From: Kofleriaceae bacterium | Lineage (GTDB): Bacteria > Myxococcota_A > Polyangia > Haliangiales > Haliangiaceae | Assembly (NCBI GenBank): GCA_041389965.1 | Contig: JAWKQV010000015.1 | Coordinates: 111,041-175,040 of the forward strand | DNA: 64,000 nucleotides | Direction: 5' to 3' | Shown: in pieces, positions 51,547 to 62,000 of the stretch | Numbering within the stretch: position 1 is the stretch's first letter | Layout: each line of letters opens with the position of its first letter | Translations under genes and position numbers: made by a program | The notes under the pieces: generated by a model | Told to the model about the DNA's origin: nothing | The model's input: only the letters and a program-made list of their open reading frames with translations | Database searches by the model: none

Positions 51547-52737
51547 GTGTTCGCGCGCTTGTCGTCGGTCCGACGCAGCCTGCCCGACGCGTTCTGGTTG
51601 GTGTGGCTCGGCACGCTGGTCAACCGCGCCGGCGGCTTCGTCATGCCGTTGCTCGGGTACTACCTGACCGACGCGCGCGGGCTGACCCGCGGCACCGCGG
51701 TCGCGGTGGCGACCTGCTACGGCGTCGGGCTGCTGGCCTCGGGGCTGGTCGGCGGGGTGCTGGCCGATCGCCTGGGCCGGCGCCGCACCATGCTGGCGTC
51801 GCTGTTCGGCGGCGCGGCGATGCTGGTGGCGCTGTCGGAGGCGCGCGGGGTGTACCCCATCGGCGCCGCGGCGCTGGCGCTGGGGTTCCTGGGCGAGCTG
51901 TACCGGCCGGCGGTGATGGCGTACGTCACCGACGTGGTGCCGGCGCCGGATCGCGCCCGCGCGTTCGCGTACCAGTACTGGGCCATCAACCTCGGCTTCA
52001 CCATCGCCCCGGTGGTCGGCGGCGCGCTGGCCGACTGGTCCTACCGGGCGGTGTTCTTGGGCGACGCGGCGACCATGGCGGCCTACGGCGTGCTGGTCGC
52101 GGCGCGGGTGCCGGAGTCGCGCCCGGCGCCGGCGGCGCTCGACGCCGGGCCGCCGTCGACGCTGCGCACGGTGCTGACCGACCGGGTGTTCCTGACCTTC
52201 GTCGGGCTGTGCCTGGTGGTGGGCCTGATGTTCTTCCAGACCACGATGACGCTGTCGCTCCACCTCGAGCACCTGGGCCTGTCGGCGTCGACCTACGGGC
52301 TGGTGATCGGGGTCAACGGCGGGCTGATCGTGCTGGCGCAGCCGTGGCTGGCGGCGCGGGTGACCTCGCTCGACGGCACCCGGGTGCTGGCGGTGTCGGC
52401 GGTGCTGGCCGGGCTCGGCCTGGCCCTGCACGGGCTGCCCGGCGGCGTCGCCATCCACGTCGGCGCGGTGGCGGTGTGGACCGTCGGCGAGATCATCCAG
52501 TCGCCGTTCTTCTCGTCGACGGTGGCCGCGCTGGCCCCGGCCGACGCCCGCGGCCGGTACCAGGGCGTGTTCGGCATGTCGTTCGGCGCCGCCGCCATGC
52601 TGGCGCCGCTGGCCGGCCAGGCGTTGGTGGCGGCGTTCGGCCCGCGCGGCCCGTGGCTGGTGTGCGGCGGCCTGGGGCTGGTGGTGGCGGCCGGCTTCAT
52701 CGTCACCGGGCCGGCCCGCCGGGCCCGCGGCGCCTGA
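51547..52737 (+). CDS. MFS transporter
   Basis: 12-TM pattern, with MFS motif [14 protein letters not shown] between TM2 and TM3. Confidence 0.8.
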   Translation: MFARLSSVRRSLPDAFWLVWLGTLVNRAGGFVMPLLGYYLTDARGLTRGTAVAVATCYGVGLLASGLVGGVLADRLGRRRTMLASLFGGAAMLVALSEARGVYPIGAAALALGFLGELYRPAVMAYVTDVVPAPDRARAFAYQYWAINLGFTIAPVVGGALADWSYRAVFLGDAATMAAYGVLVAARVPESRPAPAALDAGPPSTLRTVLTDRVFLTFVGLCLVVGLMFFQTTMTLSLHLEHLGLSASTYGLVIGVNGGLIVLAQPWLAARVTSLDGTRVLAVSAVLAGLGLALHGLPGGVAIHVGAVAVWTVGEIIQSPFFSSTVAALAPADARGRYQGVFGMSFGAAAMLAPLAGQALVAAFGPRGPWLVCGGLGLVVAAGFIVTGPARRARGA

Positions 52738-52750
52738 GCCGCCACCAAAG

Positions 52751-54067
52751 TTGCGCCCGGGCGGGCTTCCCGCCGATGCTGCGTCGATGCCGGCCCTGGT
52801 CCGCCGCGGACTCGAGACGTTGATCCGCCCCGCGCCGTCCGCCGCGGTCACCACCGTCGCCGCCGAGGACGAGCCGGCCGCGGCCGGCGTCGACCGGGCC
52901 AGCGTCGACGCGATCTGGCGCGCCGCCGAGGCGGCCTACCAGACCGGGCTGTACCCGGCGCTGGCGCTGTGCGTGCGCCGACGCGGCCGGGTCGTCCTCG
53001 ATCGTGCCATCGGCCACCTGCGCGGCAACAGCCCCACCGACGGTGCCGACGTGCGCAAGGTGCCGGCTCGGCCCGACAGCCTGTACTGCATGTTCTCGGC
53101 TTCGAAGATGGTGACCGCGATGCTGGTCCACCTGCTCGACGAGCGGCACCTGATCCACCTCGACGATCCCGTCGCCCACTACCTGCCGGCGTTCGGCACC
53201 AAGGGCAAGCACCGCATCACCATCCGCCACGTGCTCACCCACCGGGCCGGCGTGCCGCGCATCCCGGCCGAGCTGGCCGACCCCAACCTGCTGGGCCGGC
53301 CCGACGAGATCCTGAGCCTCTTGTGCGCGCAGGCCCCGGTGTGGCGGCCGGGGCGGCGGCTCGGCTACCACGCGCTGACCGGCGGGTACCTGCTGGCGGC
53401 GGTGATCGAGCAGGTGGTCGGCAAGGACGTGCAGGCGTTCCTCCACGACGAGATCGCCGCCCCGCTGGGGCTGGCGCATTTTCGCTACGGCGCCAGCCCG
53501 GCCCGCATGAAGGACGTGGCCGAGAACGCCTTCACCGGGCCGCCGGTGGTGCCGCCGCTGGCCACGGTGATCAAGCGCGCGCTGTCGGTCGACTTCACCG
53601 ACGCGGTGCGCATCTCCAACGACCCGCGCTTCCTCGGCGCGGTCATCCCCGCGGGTAACATCTGCACCAGCGCCGGCGACGCCGCGCGCTTCATGGAGCT
53701 GCTCCTCGACGGCGGTGTCGCCGGTGGCCAGCGCATCTTCTCGCCCCGCACCATCGCCCACGCCATCGCCGAGCAGAGCTACCTGGAGCTCGACCTGACG
53801 GTGGGCGCGCCGGTCCGCTACGGCGCGGGCTTCTTGCTGGGCGCCAAGCTCACCAGCCCGTTCGGGCTGGGCACGCCCAAGGCGTTCGGTCACCTCGGCT
53901 TCACCAACGTGTTCGTGTGGGCCGACCCCGAGCGCGATCTGGCCGCGGCGCTGATGACCACGGGCAAGCCGGCGCTGTCGCCGGGGCTAGCCCGGCTGTG
54001 GTGGCTCCTGACGACGATCGCCCGGCGGATCCCCAGCGACGGTCGCCGGCACATCGCCGGGGCGTGA
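52751..54067 (+). CDS. Serine hydrolase, beta-lactamase/transpeptidase-like (class C/esterase family)
   Basis: SxxK motif: MFSASKMV. Y motif: HALTGGY. HxG motif: GHLGFTN. The start might be the internal Met (MPALVRRG). Confidence 0.7.
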   Translation: MRPGGLPADAASMPALVRRGLETLIRPAPSAAVTTVAAEDEPAAAGVDRASVDAIWRAAEAAYQTGLYPALALCVRRRGRVVLDRAIGHLRGNSPTDGADVRKVPARPDSLYCMFSASKMVTAMLVHLLDERHLIHLDDPVAHYLPAFGTKGKHRITIRHVLTHRAGVPRIPAELADPNLLGRPDEILSLLCAQAPVWRPGRRLGYHALTGGYLLAAVIEQVVGKDVQAFLHDEIAAPLGLAHFRYGASPARMKDVAENAFTGPPVVPPLATVIKRALSVDFTDAVRISNDPRFLGAVIPAGNICTSAGDAARFMELLLDGGVAGGQRIFSPRTIAHAIAEQSYLELDLTVGAPVRYGAGFLLGAKLTSPFGLGTPKAFGHLGFTNVFVWADPERDLAAALMTTGKPALSPGLARLWWLLTTIARRIPSDGRRHIAGA

Positions 54068-54136
54068 CGCGCGCATCGCCGGGGCGTGACGCGCGCCGCG
54101 GTTGACGCGGTGCGGGGGATGACGCATAGTCGGAGC

Positions 54137-54526
54137 ATGCGCCGGCCACGTCTGCTCCTGCCGCTGATCGCGGCGACGGCGTTGCTGGCGCTGCTGGTCG
54201 GTCAGCGCGGCTGGGCCCAGGCGGCGTGCATCGACGCCGGGATGGTGCGGACCGCGGACGGGTGTCGGTGCTGTCGCACCGCGGCGGCCCACCAGCCGCC
54301 GGCCGAGGCGCAGCTCACCGGGCGTTGCTGCTCGCTGGACGAGTCGGCACCCCTGGTGTCGGCACCGGCGGCCACCCAGGGCACGGCGCCGGCGGTGGTG
54401 ACGGTCGACCCGGTCGCGATCCGTGTCGCGGTGGCCCGGCCCCGGGCGCTGGTCGCCGCGGCGCCGCCCCGGCCGGTCGAGACCGGTCCGCCGATCTGGC
54501 TGGCGACGCTCGTGCTGCGCTTGTGA
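54137..54526 (+). CDS. Small secreted Cys-rich hypothetical protein
   Basis: Internal Met: MRRPRLLLPLIAATALLALLVGQRGWAQA signal, then CIDAGMVRTADGCRCCRT...CC. Confidence 0.4.
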   Translation: MRRPRLLLPLIAATALLALLVGQRGWAQAACIDAGMVRTADGCRCCRTAAAHQPPAEAQLTGRCCSLDESAPLVSAPAATQGTAPAVVTVDPVAIRVAVARPRALVAAAPPRPVETGPPIWLATLVLRL

Positions 54527-54628
54527 TCCAGCGTCGGTGACGTCCCGCCTCGCCGTCGGGTGAGGCTCGTGTGGTCGCGACCTGGTCGCGGCCGCGTCGC
54601 TGCGTCGATCGATCGCTGGAGTTACCTG

Positions 54629-55174
54629 ATGCGCAACCGCTGCTTGGTCTCTGTCTTGTCCGTGTCCCTGTCGCTGGCCGTCGCCTGCGGCGGCTCGTCC
54701 TCGCCCACTCCGACCACCCCCGCGGCCGCGGCCGCCGCCGATCCGGGCGGGCCCCTGTGCCCGATGACGGTCCCCGGTACCTCGGTCGCCGAGGTCGACG
54801 CCGATACCGGCGGCGCCTTGGTGTTCACCACCACGGGTGATCCGTCGGTGCTGCGCGCCCGCGTGGCCGGCTGGGCCGAGCGCCACAACGCTCGGCACGG
54901 GGCCATGGGCCTGCTGCCTACCGGCGACGAGGCCGCGCCGGCGATGGAGGGCCACCACCACCACCACCATGGCGGCGCCGGCGACGCGCCCGCCGCCAGC
55001 ACCGCCGCCGACCCCGCCGAGCTGGTGCAGACCCACTCGAGCGCGACCGCGGTCGACGTCGACGGCGGCGCCCGGCTCGAGTTCAAGACCTTCCCCGACC
55101 AGGTCGGCGCGCTCCAGGGCGAGCTGCGCGGCCACGCCGCGCACCTGGCCACCGTCGGCTGTGGTGGGCGCTAG
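54629..55174 (+). CDS. Lipoprotein with His6 tract (putative metal-binding), first gene of metal/copper cluster
   Basis: MRNRCLVSVLSVSLSLAVACGG lipobox; MEGHHHHHHGG. Confidence 0.5.
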   Translation: MRNRCLVSVLSVSLSLAVACGGSSSPTPTTPAAAAAADPGGPLCPMTVPGTSVAEVDADTGGALVFTTTGDPSVLRARVAGWAERHNARHGAMGLLPTGDEAAPAMEGHHHHHHGGAGDAPAASTAADPAELVQTHSSATAVDVDGGARLEFKTFPDQVGALQGELRGHAAHLATVGCGGR

Positions 55175-55184
55175 CGTGCGCGCC

Positions 55185-55349
55185 ATGATCATCACGGCGG
55201 GTCTGGTCGTCGCCGCCCTGGTGGCCGCCTGCCGCGCCCCGGTCCCGACCCGCGGACCGCAGCATCCGGCGCGCGCCGACGCGCCCGCCGGCAGGCTGGC
55301 AGGCGCCCCGGCGATCCTGGTCGGCGTGCCGCCGGTGGAGGCGCCGTGA
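55185..55349 (+). CDS. Small (54 aa) putative lipoprotein
   Basis: MIITAGLVVAALVAACRAP... Its stop overlaps the tolC-like start. It lies within a longer spurious ORF, so the call is weak. Confidence 0.3.
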   Translation: MIITAGLVVAALVAACRAPVPTRGPQHPARADAPAGRLAGAPAILVGVPPVEAP

Positions 55350-56710
55350 TGCGCCGGCTGGTCCTGGTGGGAACGCTGGCCACCGCCGCGTGCGTGCCGG
55401 CCACGGCCACCGTCGAGGCGCCGGTGCGGCGGCTGGTCGACCAGCGGGCCGGCCTCGAGCTCGACGCCGACGCGACCGCGCTGCTCGACGCGCCGCTGAC
55501 CCAGGCCTCGGCCGCCCGCCTGGCGGCGGTCCATCACCCGCGCGCCGCGGCGGCGCTGGCCGAGCTGGGCCTGGCCGCCGGCGAGCTGGGCCTGCGGCGC
55601 GGCCTGGGCCACACCGACCTCGATGTCGAGGCGCGGCTGATCGGCCGCGAGCCGTCCTTCGACGTGGCGGTGGTGCAGGATCTGATGGAGCTACTCACCG
55701 TGGCGCCGCGCCGCGCCGCTGGCGACGCGATGGTGGCGGCGGCCCAGGCCCGGGCCAGCGCCACGCTCCTCGAGCTGGCGGCCCGCGCCGAGCTGGCGTG
55801 GCTCGACGTCGCGGCCGCCACCGAACAGCTGGCCCTGGCCCGCGACGCCTTCGATACCCTGGCCGCCAGCGCCGATCTGACCGAGCGCATCCGCGCCGCC
55901 GGCGGCACCACCGCGCTGGCCCAGGCCCGGGCCCAGACCGCGCGTGAGCTGGCGCGCCTCGACGTGGCCCAGGCTGAGACCGCGCTCGAGCTGGCGCGCA
56001 CCAGCCTCGACGGCGCGCTCGGCCTTTCGGGCGCGGCCACCCAGTGGCAGCTGGGCGCGGCGCTGCCGGCCGACGCCGGCCCGGCCCCGTCGGTCGACGA
56101 TCTCGAGACCGCGGCGGTGGCGGCGAGCCTCGAGCTGGCCGCGCTCGACGCCGATCAGCGCGCGCTGCGCAACGACGCCCGGGCCGCCTCGGTGGCGCGG
56201 TGGCTGCCCGGCCTGGGCGTCGGTGTCGCCGCCGAGCACAGCGAGGCCGGGTGGACCGCGGGGCCGGCGCTGCGGATCGGGCTGCCGCTGGTGACCGGCG
56301 GCGGCGGCGCGGTGGTCCGGGCTCGGGCCGCGGTGAGTGTGAGCGAGCACCGCCTGACCGCGACCGCGGTCGAGCTGCGGGCCGCGGCCCGGGCCGCGCG
56401 GGTCGAGCTGCTCGGCGCGCGGGCGGCGGTGATCCACCTGGCCACCGTGGTGGTGCCGCTGGCCCGCCAGGTGGTGGCCGACAGCGTGCTGCAGTACAAC
56501 GCGATGAACGTCAGCCCGTTCGAGCTGCTGACCGCCCGCCGCGATCAAGCGATGGCCGAGCAGGCGCTGGTGGCAGCGCGGCTGCGGTTGGCCAGGGCCG
56601 AGGTCGTGGTGCGCGCGCTGCGCCACGGCGTCGTCGTGGCAAGCCCCTCGTCCTCGTCATCGGCCGCGACCTCGTCGCGCGCCGCGTCCGCCCACGGCGG
56701 GCACCCGTGA
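55346..56710 (+). CDS. TolC-family outer-membrane efflux protein (CusC/CzcC-like)
   Basis: Signal/lipobox MMRRLVLVGTLATAAC, then two Ala-rich coiled-coil/beta-barrel repeats typical of OEP. Confidence 0.7.
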   Translation: MMRRLVLVGTLATAACVPATATVEAPVRRLVDQRAGLELDADATALLDAPLTQASAARLAAVHHPRAAAALAELGLAAGELGLRRGLGHTDLDVEARLIGREPSFDVAVVQDLMELLTVAPRRAAGDAMVAAAQARASATLLELAARAELAWLDVAAATEQLALARDAFDTLAASADLTERIRAAGGTTALAQARAQTARELARLDVAQAETALELARTSLDGALGLSGAATQWQLGAALPADAGPAPSVDDLETAAVAASLELAALDADQRALRNDARAASVARWLPGLGVGVAAEHSEAGWTAGPALRIGLPLVTGGGGAVVRARAAVSVSEHRLTATAVELRAAARAARVELLGARAAVIHLATVVVPLARQVVADSVLQYNAMNVSPFELLTARRDQAMAEQALVAARLRLARAEVVVRALRHGVVVASPSSSSSAATSSRAASAHGGHP

Positions 56711-56720
56711 AGGAGTCCTC

Positions 56721-58058
56721 ATGCGTCGCCGCGATCTGATCTCGACCTCCCTGGCCGCCGGCGTCGCGACCGCGTTCGCGCGGCGCGCCGTGGCTCAGCC
56801 GCACAACCACACGATGCCGATGCCGCCGACGCCCGCGCCGGCGCCGCCCGCGGTCACCGCGCCGGCCACCGCGCGCGCCTCGACCGCCGCGGCCGCGACC
56901 TCGCGCCTGGTGGTCCCCAACGGCCGCGTCCTGCCCGGGCGCGTCGTCGGTGGCGTGCGGGTCTACCACCTGACCGCCGAGCCCATCCGTCACGAGGTCG
57001 CCCCCGGCCTGGTGATCGACACCTGGGGCTATAGCGGCGGCACGCCGGGGCCGGTGCTCGAGGCCACCGAGGGCGAGGAGGTCCGCATCTACGTCACCAA
57101 CAAGCTGCCCGAGCCGACCACCGTCCACTGGCACGGCGTGATCTTGCCGAGCGGCATGGACGGCGTGGCCGGCCTGACCCAGGCCCCGATCCCGCCCGGC
57201 GCGACCTGGCGCTACCAGTTCACGTTCAAGCACGCGGGCACGTTCATGTACCACCCGCACATCGACGAGATGACCCAGATCGCGCTGGGCATGGTCGGCA
57301 TGATCGTGGTGCACCCGAAGGCGCCGCCGCGCGCGACCCGACCGGTGCGCGACTACGTGCTGATGGCCCACGAGTGGAAGATCGTCCCCGGTGCGCGTCG
57401 ACCGGACCCGCTGGCCATGAACGACTTCAACCAGCTGGTGTTCAACGGCAAGGGCTTCCCGGCCACGGCGCCGCTGGTGGCCGAGGTCGGCGACCTGGTG
57501 CGCATTCGGCTGGGCAACCTGGGGCCGATGGACACTCACCCGATCCACCTCCACGGCTACGCCTTCAAGGTGGTCGAGACCGACGGCGGGCCGATCCCGC
57601 CGTCGGCGCGGTGGCCCGAGACCACGGTGCTGGTGCCGGTGGGCGGCGTGCGGGTGATCGAGTTCATCGCCGACGCGCCGGGCGACTGGCCGCTGCACTG
57701 CCACATGACCCACCACGTCATGAACCAGATGGGCCACGACGTGCCCAACCTGATCGGCGCCGACGTGCGCGGCGTCGACGCCCGCATCGGCCGGCTGACC
57801 CCGGGCTACATGACCATGGGCCACACCGGCATGGCCGACATGGCGAGCATGGGCATGCCGCTGCCCGACAACTCGATCTCGATGGTAGGCGGCCCCGGTC
57901 CGTTCGGCCCGATCGACATGGGCGGCATGTTCACGATCGTGAAGGTGCGCGACAAGCTCGCCGGCGACGGCGACCCGGGCTGGTACCAGCAGCCGGCGGG
58001 CACCGCGGTGCAGGCGGCGACCGCGGCCGAGCTGGCCGCCGACGGCATCGAGGTCTGA
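56721..58058 (+). CDS. Multicopper oxidase (CopA/CueO-like), Tat-secreted
   Basis: Tat signal MRRRDLISTSLAAGVATAFARRAVAQ. T2/T3 Cu motifs HWHGVILPSGMDGVAG and HCHMTHHVMNQMGH. T1 motif HLHGYAF. Confidence 0.85.
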   Translation: MRRRDLISTSLAAGVATAFARRAVAQPHNHTMPMPPTPAPAPPAVTAPATARASTAAAATSRLVVPNGRVLPGRVVGGVRVYHLTAEPIRHEVAPGLVIDTWGYSGGTPGPVLEATEGEEVRIYVTNKLPEPTTVHWHGVILPSGMDGVAGLTQAPIPPGATWRYQFTFKHAGTFMYHPHIDEMTQIALGMVGMIVVHPKAPPRATRPVRDYVLMAHEWKIVPGARRPDPLAMNDFNQLVFNGKGFPATAPLVAEVGDLVRIRLGNLGPMDTHPIHLHGYAFKVVETDGGPIPPSARWPETTVLVPVGGVRVIEFIADAPGDWPLHCHMTHHVMNQMGHDVPNLIGADVRGVDARIGRLTPGYMTMGHTGMADMASMGMPLPDNSISMVGGPGPFGPIDMGGMFTIVKVRDKLAGDGDPGWYQQPAGTAVQAATAAELAADGIEV

Positions 58059-58103
58059 CCCGCGCGCGGGCCGCTCAGCGCGCGCCGGCCGGGCCGGGGC
58101 GGC

Positions 58104-58904
58104 TCACGGGCCGCCCAGGTAGTCGACCTTGGCCTCGACGTGGAAGTGGTCGTAGTGGCTCTTGGGATCGTTGCGCGGGGTCAGCACGGTGCGGAAGCCG
58201 CCCGAGTCGTTGAGGTAGTCCTCGACCCGGAGTAGCAGCGGATCGTCCTTGAGGTAGTCGTCCTGCACCACCGCCTTGTGGCCGGTGTCGTCGACGATCG
58301 CGCGGATGTCGATGGCCAGGCCCAGCGCGTGGCGCGACAGCGCGCGCTTGGTCGTTCCGCCGGTGCGGACCTGCGTGTAGCCGTAGATGCGCGAGAAGTA
58401 GAGCTCGCGGACGCCGCGCGCATACAGCTCGCGGCCGTGGAGCGTGAGCGCCACCGCCAGCTCGCAGTCCATGATGAACGGCGGCCGGCGGAAGGTCGGG
58501 ATGACCTTGAGGCCGCCGAACTCCATCGCCGCCACGGTGATCGGCGTGGCGATCTTGCGCTGCTTGGGCGCCGGCTTCCAGGACACCCCGAGCTGGTCGA
58601 GCTGCGTGGTGCAGGCGACGCCCTGCTTGCGCATCGCCGGCGTCGGCGGCCAGGCCCACCCCGACGGCATGTTGGCAGGGCGGGCCGACGGCCGGGCCGC
58701 GCGCGAGGCGCGCTTGCCCTTGCGCTTGCGGGTGCCCTTGCGATTGCGCTTGCGCTTGCCCTTCGGCTTGCGCGTGGCCTTGGTCGACGGCTTGGCCTGG
58801 GTCGTGGCGTGGGGCGGGCCGGCTTGGGGCGGGGCAGCCGCCGCCACGTCGGGCGCGCACAGGGCGAGCGCGCCGACCAGGACCGCGAGCAGACGACAGG
58901 ACAC
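58104..58904 (-). CDS. Secreted protein with Lys/Arg-rich linker and extensin-like C-terminal domain (tentative family)
   Basis: Signal MSCRLLAVLVGALALCAP, then a KPKGKRKRNRKGTRKRKGKR stretch. The C-terminus ...FSRIYGYTQVR...SRHALGLAIDIR resembles bacterial Extensin-like_C proteins. Confidence 0.5.
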   Translation of the reverse strand: MSCRLLAVLVGALALCAPDVAAAAPPQAGPPHATTQAKPSTKATRKPKGKRKRNRKGTRKRKGKRASRAARPSARPANMPSGWAWPPTPAMRKQGVACTTQLDQLGVSWKPAPKQRKIATPITVAAMEFGGLKVIPTFRRPPFIMDCELAVALTLHGRELYARGVRELYFSRIYGYTQVRTGGTTKRALSRHALGLAIDIRAIVDDTGHKAVVQDDYLKDDPLLLRVEDYLNDSGGFRTVLTPRNDPKSHYDHFHVEAKVDYLGGP

Positions 58905-58946
58905 CGCCGGACGGTACTACGCCTGCGCCGGGGAGCCACCCGCTTC

Positions 58947-58966
58947 GCCCCCGGTGTACACCGGGG
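58947..58966. promoter_or_regulatory. Perfect 20-bp palindrome CCCCCGGTGTACACCGGGGG in divergent intergenic region
   Basis: Read directly. It lies between the extensin-like gene (-, start 58904) and the giant ORF (+, 59014). Confidence 0.5.
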
Positions 58967-59013
58967 GCTCACGGCGGCGGCGCGCGCCCCGGCCGCGCGG
59001 TACCTTCGGCGCC

Positions 59014-62000
59014 ATGGAGATCGAGCAGCTCGAAGGCCTGGCGTTGTCGACGGATCGAGGCCCGGCGCTGGCGCGCCTGGTGGCGGGCAGCGAAGACCAC
59101 GACTACTGGACCGCCATCGATCACCAGCACCACGGGCGCCTCGACGCGGTCGATGCGCTGTTGCGCGGCTGGGCCAACCGCCACGGCGACACCGCGCGGC
59201 GCCAGCGGCTGGTGCGGCGCCAGCGCCTGCTGCGCGCGTCGGTGGACCTGTCGGCCCACGCCGCCGCCCTGGCCGACGAGCTCGACGTCAACTTCGACCA
59301 CCAGCCCGAGACCGTCGACGCCGCGGCCGCCTATCCGACCGCGCTCGATCCCGCGCTGCTCGAGCCGCGCCGGGTCATCGCCCAGGCGGTGGCCCGCGGC
59401 GACGGGCTGGCCCTGGTCACCCCGGCCGGCCTGGCCACCCTCGATCCGGCCGCGCTCGACAGCCACCAGCGGCGCCAGCTGCTGGAGCGGCTCGAGCACG
59501 TCGACGGGCCCGGCCTGGTGGCCGCGGTCGCCGCCGAGCTGACCGAGCGCGGCACCCGCGGCTTCGGCGCGCTAGCCATCCACGGCCGGCTCACGCTGGC
59601 CCAGCTCGAAGCGCTGGTGGCGCGGGTGCCGGCGCTGCGCCAGGACCCGGCGTGGGTGGGGGCGGTGTTGACCCGCCGCCAGCCGCCGTTCGACGTCGAG
59701 TGGACCGACGACCTGGATGCCCGGGTCGGCTACCTCGACGCCACCCAGGCCTTCGTCGACGGTCTGCCGACCGTGTTCGCGCCGCTGCAAGCGCTGGTGC
59801 GCTACCACCGGCTGGCCGCCATGCTGCGCCGGGGCCGGGTCGACGGCGCCGAGCTGCGGACCTACCTGGCGTCGCCACGCCCGAGCGGCGGGGCCAGCGC
59901 CAGCGCCGCGGTGGTCGAGCGGTGGCGGGGCGCCAGCCTGATCTCCGTCGACGGCGCGCTGGCGCGGGCGGTGGCGCTGGCCCCGATCGGCGACGACGAG
60001 CCGCTGGTGCGCGCGTGCGTGCACGCGCTCCTCGCCGACGGCCCGGGCGACGAGCTGGCCGAGGTGGTCGACGCCGCGTGGCTGACCCGGCAGCGGGCCG
60101 AGGTGCGGCTGCTCGCCGGCGACGTCGACCCGCGCTGGGCCAGCCACCTGGGGCCGGTCGCCACCGCCGCCTTGCGCGAGCGGGTCGATCTGTCGTTCGC
60201 GCCGACCAACCCGCCGGTGTGGCCGCGCGATCAGCCGGTGGTGCTCGAGGTCGACGTCAAGCACGTGCCGTCGCTGCGGGTCCGGGTGTTCCGCATCGAC
60301 GAGGCCGCCTGGATCCTGGCCCGCGGCCAGGAGGTGGATCCGGCCATCGACCTCGACGGTCTGGCTGCCGGCTGGGAGGAGGTGCGCGAGCTGACCGCCG
60401 CGCCCATGGTGCGGCAACGGCTGCGGCTGGCCCTCGACGCGTGCGCGCGCGCGGGCACCTACGTGGTCGAGCTGATCGGCGGCGGCCAGGCCAGCCGGGC
60501 CTTGATCCGCCGCGGGCGGCTGGCGTGCATCAGCCGGACGACCGCCGCGGGGGCCGCGGTGCGGGTGGTCGACGAGCGCGGGCGCGCGTGCCCGACCGCG
60601 CGGCTGATCCGGGCCGGCCACGAGTTCTCGGCCGACGAGCGCGGCGAGATCCACGTGCCGTTCTCGACCGAGCCGCGGCCGACGCCGGTGGTGCTGTGCG
60701 ACGGCGACGTGGCGTCGCCAGCGTGGCTCGACCGCGCCGACGAGCGCTACCAGCTCACCACCCGGTGGCAGCTCGATCGCCAGAGCCTGCGCGAAGGGCA
60801 GGTGGCCCAGGCGGTGGTGCGGCTCGACCTCCGGGTCGGCGACCGCCCGGCGTCACTCGACCTCCTCGAGGAGCCGTACCTGGAGCTGGTCACCACCGAT
60901 CGGCGCGGCGTCACCGCCCAGCGGCGCACGCCGGTGACCGTGGCCGACGGCCTCGACCTCGAGGTCGAGCTGGCGGTGCCGGCCCACCTGCGGTCGGTGG
61001 TGGCCGCCATCGGCGGTCGGGTCCGCTCGCTGTCGCAGCAGCAGCCCATCGAGCTGCGCAGCGAGCGCAGCTTCGAGGTCGCCACCATCCGCGATCACGA
61101 CGTGACCGCCGCGTTCCACCTGCGCGGCGACGGGCGTCGGCGCTGGCTGGCGCTGCTCGGCACGTCGGGCGAGCCGCGGGCCGGCCGGGCGGTGACCCTC
61201 GAGGTCTCGACCGCGCTGACCACCGTGCCGGTCGAGGCCACGGTGGCGACCGACGCCGCCGGCCAGGTGGACCTGGGCGAGCTGGCCGGCGTCACCGCGG
61301 TGATCGCCACCGCCGGTGACGTCACCGCGCGGTTCGAGCTGGTCCCCGAGGTCGCCGTCACGCGGCGCCACCAGACGGTCACCGTCGGCGACGAGGTGGT
61401 GATCCCGGTCGCGGTCGATCACCAGGGCGGCGCGCTGCCACCGACTCGCTGGTCGGTGGTGGAGCTGCGCGGCGACGCGCCATGCCGGAGCTGGGCCGGC
61501 CAGGTGATCGCCGAGCCCGGGCGGCTGCGGGTGCGCGACCTGCCGGTCGGCGTGTACGAGGTGCGGGCCGCCGGCGCGGTCACCGGCCTGTGGGTGGCCC
61601 CGGCCAGCGCCGCGCCGGGCCTGGCGGTGTCCTCGCGTCGCCTCGCCGCGGTGCGGGCCGGCCCGCCGACCACGGCCCAGGTCGAGGTCGACGCCGACGA
61701 CGCGGTGGTGGTGCGGGTCGACGCCGCCACCGCCGCGACCCGGGTCCACGTGGTGGTGACCGCGCTGTGGCCGACCCCGGCCCTCGACGATGATCTCGCG
61801 GGCCCCCCGACGCCCGCACCCGAGGCTCAGCTCACGCCGGCTCCCACGGTCTACCTGTCGGGCCGCGACATCGGCGACGAGTACCGCTACGTGCTCGACC
61901 GCCAGCGTCAGCCGCGGCGCCCGGGCGTCCTCCTCGACAAGCCGGCGCTGCTGCTCAACCCGTGGGCGCTGCGCACCACGCAGACGTCGACGCAGACCGC

